Source: Fimbriosthenelais zetlandica | Taxonomy: Eukaryota | Direction: 5' to 3' | Assembly (NCBI GenBank): GCA_977030845.1 | Contig: OZ365115.1 | Span: 25,978,001-26,042,000 of the forward strand | Length of the DNA stretch: 64,000 nucleotides | In this document: positions 51,001 to 57,000 of the stretch, piece by piece | Position numbering within the stretch: the first letter of the stretch is position 1 | How the letters are laid out: the number at the start of each line of letters is the position of its first letter | Program-made: the position numbers and the translations under genes | The notes under the pieces: model-generated | Seen by the model: the letters and a program-made list of their open reading frames with translations, nothing else | The model's database searches: none | Told to the model about the DNA's origin: nothing

Positions 51001-54000
51001 TAGCAATCAGAAGTATTTTTCAGATGATCTAGATACGATTGTTATCATCATTAATATATGTCATTGATTATTCACTACATGGTTAAACATAATCAGCATA
51101 ATATGTACATATACATGTCTGGACTATTCAATTACCATCTAGCACTGCGCCTTTTACTATATAATCAAGCCGTGCAGTGTCTAGAAGGCTAAAAAAAAGT
51201 TCATTTTCAACAATCTACGGTCCAGACAGCATAATTACATGAAAAATACATCGTGGATGCCATCCCGAAGGTTGGCGCTGATTTTCTCGAGCTATTGTTT
51301 GTGACCGAGTTCCAAAAAGGCAAATGCCGATTAGACAAAGACAAATGCCGATTAGACAAAAATAAGAGAGAAAAGATAATAAAAGCTTATCATGAACATA
51401 ATATCAATCCTACCTTATGATCCTTTATTATGTTTAATTTACTTGAATATTAATTTTTTTATTTATTGAAATATATCGAATATCATTGCGAAAGCCATTA
51501 CGTGAAGTGGCATGAAAGCCGGAATAGTGTACGAAGCATAAACTAAACATATGTGTTCTATAGCTTTTGCTCAAAAAAAGAAATCCTTAGCCGTGAAGAT
51601 AAGCAATAAGCTTTGCCTTAAATTGAATTCTCAGCAACAAACGATAGCTTGAGAGACCCAGCGACAACTTGAGATGTTCCAACGTTTTCAACCAGCAAAA
51701 AGTGTCCACCAATACCTGATGATTTTTGTCATCTCATCTGTATTGTGTCTTTTAAATAACCACCTCTATTCTGTCACTAATTCAATACCAACCAATATCA
51801 TGTTAAGCCCGACGTCCACTGTTCGATCTTTCAGGACACCGATTTTTATGATCGGCACAGACCACCAAAAAACTCCCTTAAGATCATTATCAGATTGGTT
51901 TCCCATTGAAAAACTGGCGCCAATCCCAGATTTTGGCGTCGACCTGATCATCTGAATGGATTTTTAATATTTTTAAATATTGCTCCCCCGATCGCCTGTG
52001 ACCGCTTAAGATTTAAAGAAAATCACCCTGTAAATTTTAAAACCGTCAGAAACGAAATAAATGCACATCCTCTATGAGGGGTGGAAAGTAAAAAAAGATC
52101 GCAAAATCGGGCTAAAAATCGGGCCAGTGGATGTCGGGCTTTACTGATATCGAACTGGTATTGATCAGTGAATTGGTGTCTTACCAATGAATGCACCTGT
52201 ACATTGTATCAAATAGATATCATCCAGTCACCCAGCCAGACCGAGCTGGCCAAACCAAAGGATGATACGGTTAATGCGAGTGGTAAAAAATGGCTTTAAT
52301 CTTACATCTCCTTCATCGTCCTTCTTTGCTTTTTGCTTAGGCTTTTTAAGCTTGACGTCCTCTTTGACTGCAAGGCAAATAGAGTTCATAGGATTAATAT
52401 CAGTAAAGTGATTCTCAGTTTAATTGGTTTTATATGATTGTTAGATAATTATGGCGCGTTCCAATCAAAATAAATTGAGCGATTTTCTGGTGGGGATCAT
52501 TGAAAAAAGAGCATGTTGATTTTTACAATTTTGTATTCCAAATGATTGATGAGAATCTCAAAATTAATATTCAAATTTGTTGTACTGTTGAATTATACTA
52601 GGTTTTTCAGTATATGGCAGAATAATGCATTGTTGACTTTGGGGGTTTTCTTCTGTGTAGGCTATGGCAGAATAATTCACTGGTTTGTAAGAAAAGTAAT
52701 TAATTTAGAAGTAATTCTTGTTTAAGTAAGATTGATCAATTTAGCTTTTGATACTTGCTGAAGAAAAATCCAAATTGTCTGTATCTGGCTGTTTTTTCAA
52801 TGTGTTAGTGTGAAAATCGCAGAATTATTTTGGATTGCTTCCTTAAGCTACTGAACTACATGAAGGAGAATAACTCATACGCGCGCGATGAGTGAGACAT
52901 ATATATATAGAGAGGACTATATAGAGTTTGTTGTAAAATATATCTGATAAATTCAGAATATTTACAGAGTTGGTTCACAAAGATTTCATCTACAAGGTAA
53001 TACGATTGACATGATGGTTGTGAGATACTGCAGCGATTATTATCAGTCGATTAGGTGGACTTACAGGACTAGTATATTTATAATCATTCCAAAGTTGGAA
53101 TGAAGACAATTATAAAAGGTACAAAGTGTGCAATGCTTGAAAGGCATACTGGAAAGTTCAACCATTGCAGAACAATAGATCGAGAAACGATAGATATAGG
53201 TAAGGGAATTATGATAGGGATTTCCAAACGGAACTGCACTCAAGATAGAGATTGGGGAAAGAAATTCAAACTTTGCTTAAATGTTGGGTTCCGCATGACA
53301 TTCATTCTCAATATTTTCAGTGCCTGGGGTGGAGGAGTTCACTTCCCTAGCCGGGACTCCACTGATGCGATTTGGCTTGCGATAGTACTGCGACAACGTT
53401 GATGCTTGTGTTGCAGTAAAATTAAACAATTGCGGTCAATGTGTCGAAGGTGTCAAGGCCGTCCACCCCTGGTATATTTTTCATTGCGACACAAGCATCA
53501 CATTTGTCGCAGTAGTGTCGCAAGCAAAATCGCGGAAGTGGAGTACAGGCTTCAATATAAAGAAGTGGTTGAAATCATTATTATTTGGAGTTTCAATTTT
53601 GTCTTTCAATTAAGTGATATTAGTCAAAATATGTAATGGGGGTGGGGGATAGAATGTCGAATTATAAAGATATGTTAATTGTTATTCAAATAATGAGGAT
53701 AAAATATTTCATTCCACCAATTTAGAAGAAACATTTATAAGGGGATACGCTGATTTATTGGGGAATTAAAAGGGATGTTTTGAGATGTTATTGGCACCCA
53801 TATTGAGATATAAACCTGTATGCGAATGTTAGAACACATCATATTTGGTATTAAATGTTGAATTTTAGGGGCAAAATTGATCGAATCAGTGAACAAAAAA
53901 CAGACAAGACGGAACGTGAAAGACAAAGTATACATCAAAGACATGAGCAAAGATATACTGGAAACCCTAAAAATCTTCAGTGTGCAAATATGCGATCTGC

Positions 54001-57000
54001 ACAGAAAACTAATCAAAAATGATAAAACTTAGATACATTATTTAAACGAAAATAATTTAAAAACTCATAAAGACAATAACAATAAAAACACAATAAAAAA
54101 TCAAAATTAGTACACAGGATCAAAAACACCTTAAAACAAATTTTGGTGATGTGCGCTTTCCCTCTCACTTTGGAGAGGGATTTTTGTGTGTCTGGGACAT
54201 TTGCGTACAAAATTGGGAAACATTTTTTTTCGGAAATGGGGGTTTTTTTGTATGTGGAGAAAGGTATAAGGCATGGAAAAGGACAGCGCAGAAGAAAGGG
54301 TGGTGTACGTAGAGTAAAGTAGTGCAATGAGATACGTTCTGACAGCGAGAGATTTGACCATGCACCTCTGGGCAACTCTTTTATGTGTATAAAACCCAAT
54401 AATTTAAAATGACGACTTTGCGATGTAGACCACAGCTCAGTATCCTATCTTTTAGTATGTAACACTAGTTGAACAATAAAACACACACAAAAATAAATAA
54501 ATAATAGACAGTTAGTATGAACTGAAGCAGAACTCACACAATTATGTAACTTTAACAGAACTAAAATAAAAGAAAAATAAAGACATTTATGTCAGTATTT
54601 TACCTAGTCAAAGTTGAAAAACATCTTTCCATTTAAAGGCCTAGATATTTTTCAAAAATTTGGATGAATTCGGATAGTATATAAATTTGGTAAGTAAACG
54701 ATTTGTTTATTCGAAACTGAAATTATAACTCATGAAATAATTTTTGGGACAAACATCCAATTCAAATTGATAAGAGAAAATGATTGCCTTTTCATGTAAA
54801 CTGCAGCATTTTCTTTATCAAACATGTATGTACACCATAATAATTGATAAATAAGACATTTTTTCAAGACATTAGTTTGAGTGTAATCATTTGATTCAAG
54901 CAAAATGAGTCAAAGACACTTTTTCTGGATGAGAAAAAGGTTTGCCCATCTGTATGAATCAAATAAATAAAATAGATTATTGACAATTTCGATTTGGGAA
55001 CAGAGCTGTGGTCTTCGTTTTCAAGTCGTCACCTTGGTTACCACTTTACCTTCTTCCTCTCCTTCTACAGGCTTGGCTGTTGGATAAAAATGATTTTCAG
55101 TCATTCCCCTTCCGGTATCGTTTATCTATGACTTATTTCTCCCTATTTCTCTCCAATCAATTTGGTAATGCCAATTTTAAGGTATTCTATGCTAAGGTAA
55201 TTCCATGGATTATGTAATGGCTCTATATCTTCATCCTGAATTAGACTTTTAAATAAATCAGAAAATTTTAATTCTTAACTAATTCAATACGGTCATCCTA
55301 TCACTTTCTACTGAGAATTCCCTTGGCTGAACATAAATATTATAAAAAATACTATTTTTTTTACATAATATATATACAATTTTGTGATTCAAAGTAAAGG
55401 ATTTTCTATGTATCTCTGGGATCTATGTATCTATGTAAATATGTTAACTATCCTAAATATTGTTTCAAGGAATGGATATATACATGTACGGTGTTAAAAC
55501 AATAACAAAACATATAAAAACATGAAGGATAAAATCACCCGAAGATAGTTTCATTGCCGAAGCAAAGAGCACTTCCGGTTTTATTCTTCATGCACTTACC
55601 AGAACCTAGTTCTGAAAAGGGCTGAAGGGTCTTTTTATGCGAGTATGTACAACACAAAGTTTATATACAGCTGTATGTAATGACTATATCAAAAAATTGA
55701 TATTACTAAATGCAAAATCTTACATAATATTTACCTCTATAAATATTTGATAAGTAACATTTATCCCTTGTAAAATAGAAGATTATTGTACCAGTTTAAA
55801 ATCAGTTTAATTTATACTCTGGTCGTAGAGATTTCTTTATGCTATAGGCTGGAAAACACTGGCTAAACAAATATCGTTCAATGAAGATAATTATCGGTCT
55901 TATTGGTGATAAATAAATAAAATAATTCAGGGAAATTTGATGAGACATTGAACGGGAGCCAACAATATTCAGCAAGTGCATTCCAACTATCAGCAAAAAG
56001 ACCTGATCTCTACTATAATAACCAATATCCTTAATACTACTTTAACCAGAATGGGTTGTTTTTTTGTACTCACGGGTGACGTCAAGCTTGACCATTTGCT
56101 CGGCTTTACCAAATTTATTGGTAGCCTCGAGCCGGTATTCGGCGATGTCGTCTGCGCCACACTCGCTGACTTGAAGTCGCGCCGTGCCTCGTAGGAACGC
56201 GATTTTGATCGTACGAGAGGACTTCATCTTCACGCCATTCTTGAACCACGAACATGTGATTGGTGCAGTGCCCTTTACTACGGTCGGGAAGTCAGCCTTC
56301 TCGCCCTCATGTACGTTGAGGTCCACGAGTTTCTTGGTTATCGTTGGCGGATCTTCAGCAGCGGGCGCCTCCGCCGGCTTGGCCGGCGCAGGCGCGTCCT
56401 TCTTGGCGCCAAATCTACGCGACATCTCCGATTTTCCAGCTTCTTCAGCCTTAAGCTTTTCTTCCTCTTCTGCCTTCTTCTTCTTCTTCTCCTCCTCTTC
56501 TACCTTTTTCTTCTTTACCTCTTCTTTCTTCTTTTCCTCTTCTTTCTTCTTGGTTTCTTCGGCCTTTTTCTTCTCTACTTCAGCCTTTTTCTTGTCGTCG
56601 TCGGCCTTCTTCTTCTTGTCGTCTTCAGCCTTCTTCGTCTTGTCGTCGTCGGCCTTCTTCTTCTTGTCGTCTTCAGCCTTCTTTTTCTTGTCGTCTTCGG
56701 CCTTCTTTTTCTTTTCTTCTTCGGCTTTTTTCTTTTTATCGTCGTCTGCCTTTTTCTTCTTTTCTTCCTCCGCTTTCTTTTTCTTATCCTCTTCTACTTT
56801 TTTCTTATCGTCTTCTGCCTTTTTCTTCTTGTCGTCTTCAGCCTTCTTTTTCTTTTCTTCCTCTGCTTTCTTCTTCTTTTCTTCTTCGGCCTTCTTTTTC
56901 TTTTCTTCCTCGGCCTTCTTTTTCTTTTCTTCTTCTTGTTTCTTTTTCTCCTCCTCTTCGTCCTTCAGTGCTAGAAAAACAAGTGAGGAATTCATGTAAA

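Noticed and set aside
56184-56999. Long plus-strand Phe/Ser/Leu ORFs (271 and 221 aa)
   Set aside because: Antisense shadows of the E/K repeat exon.
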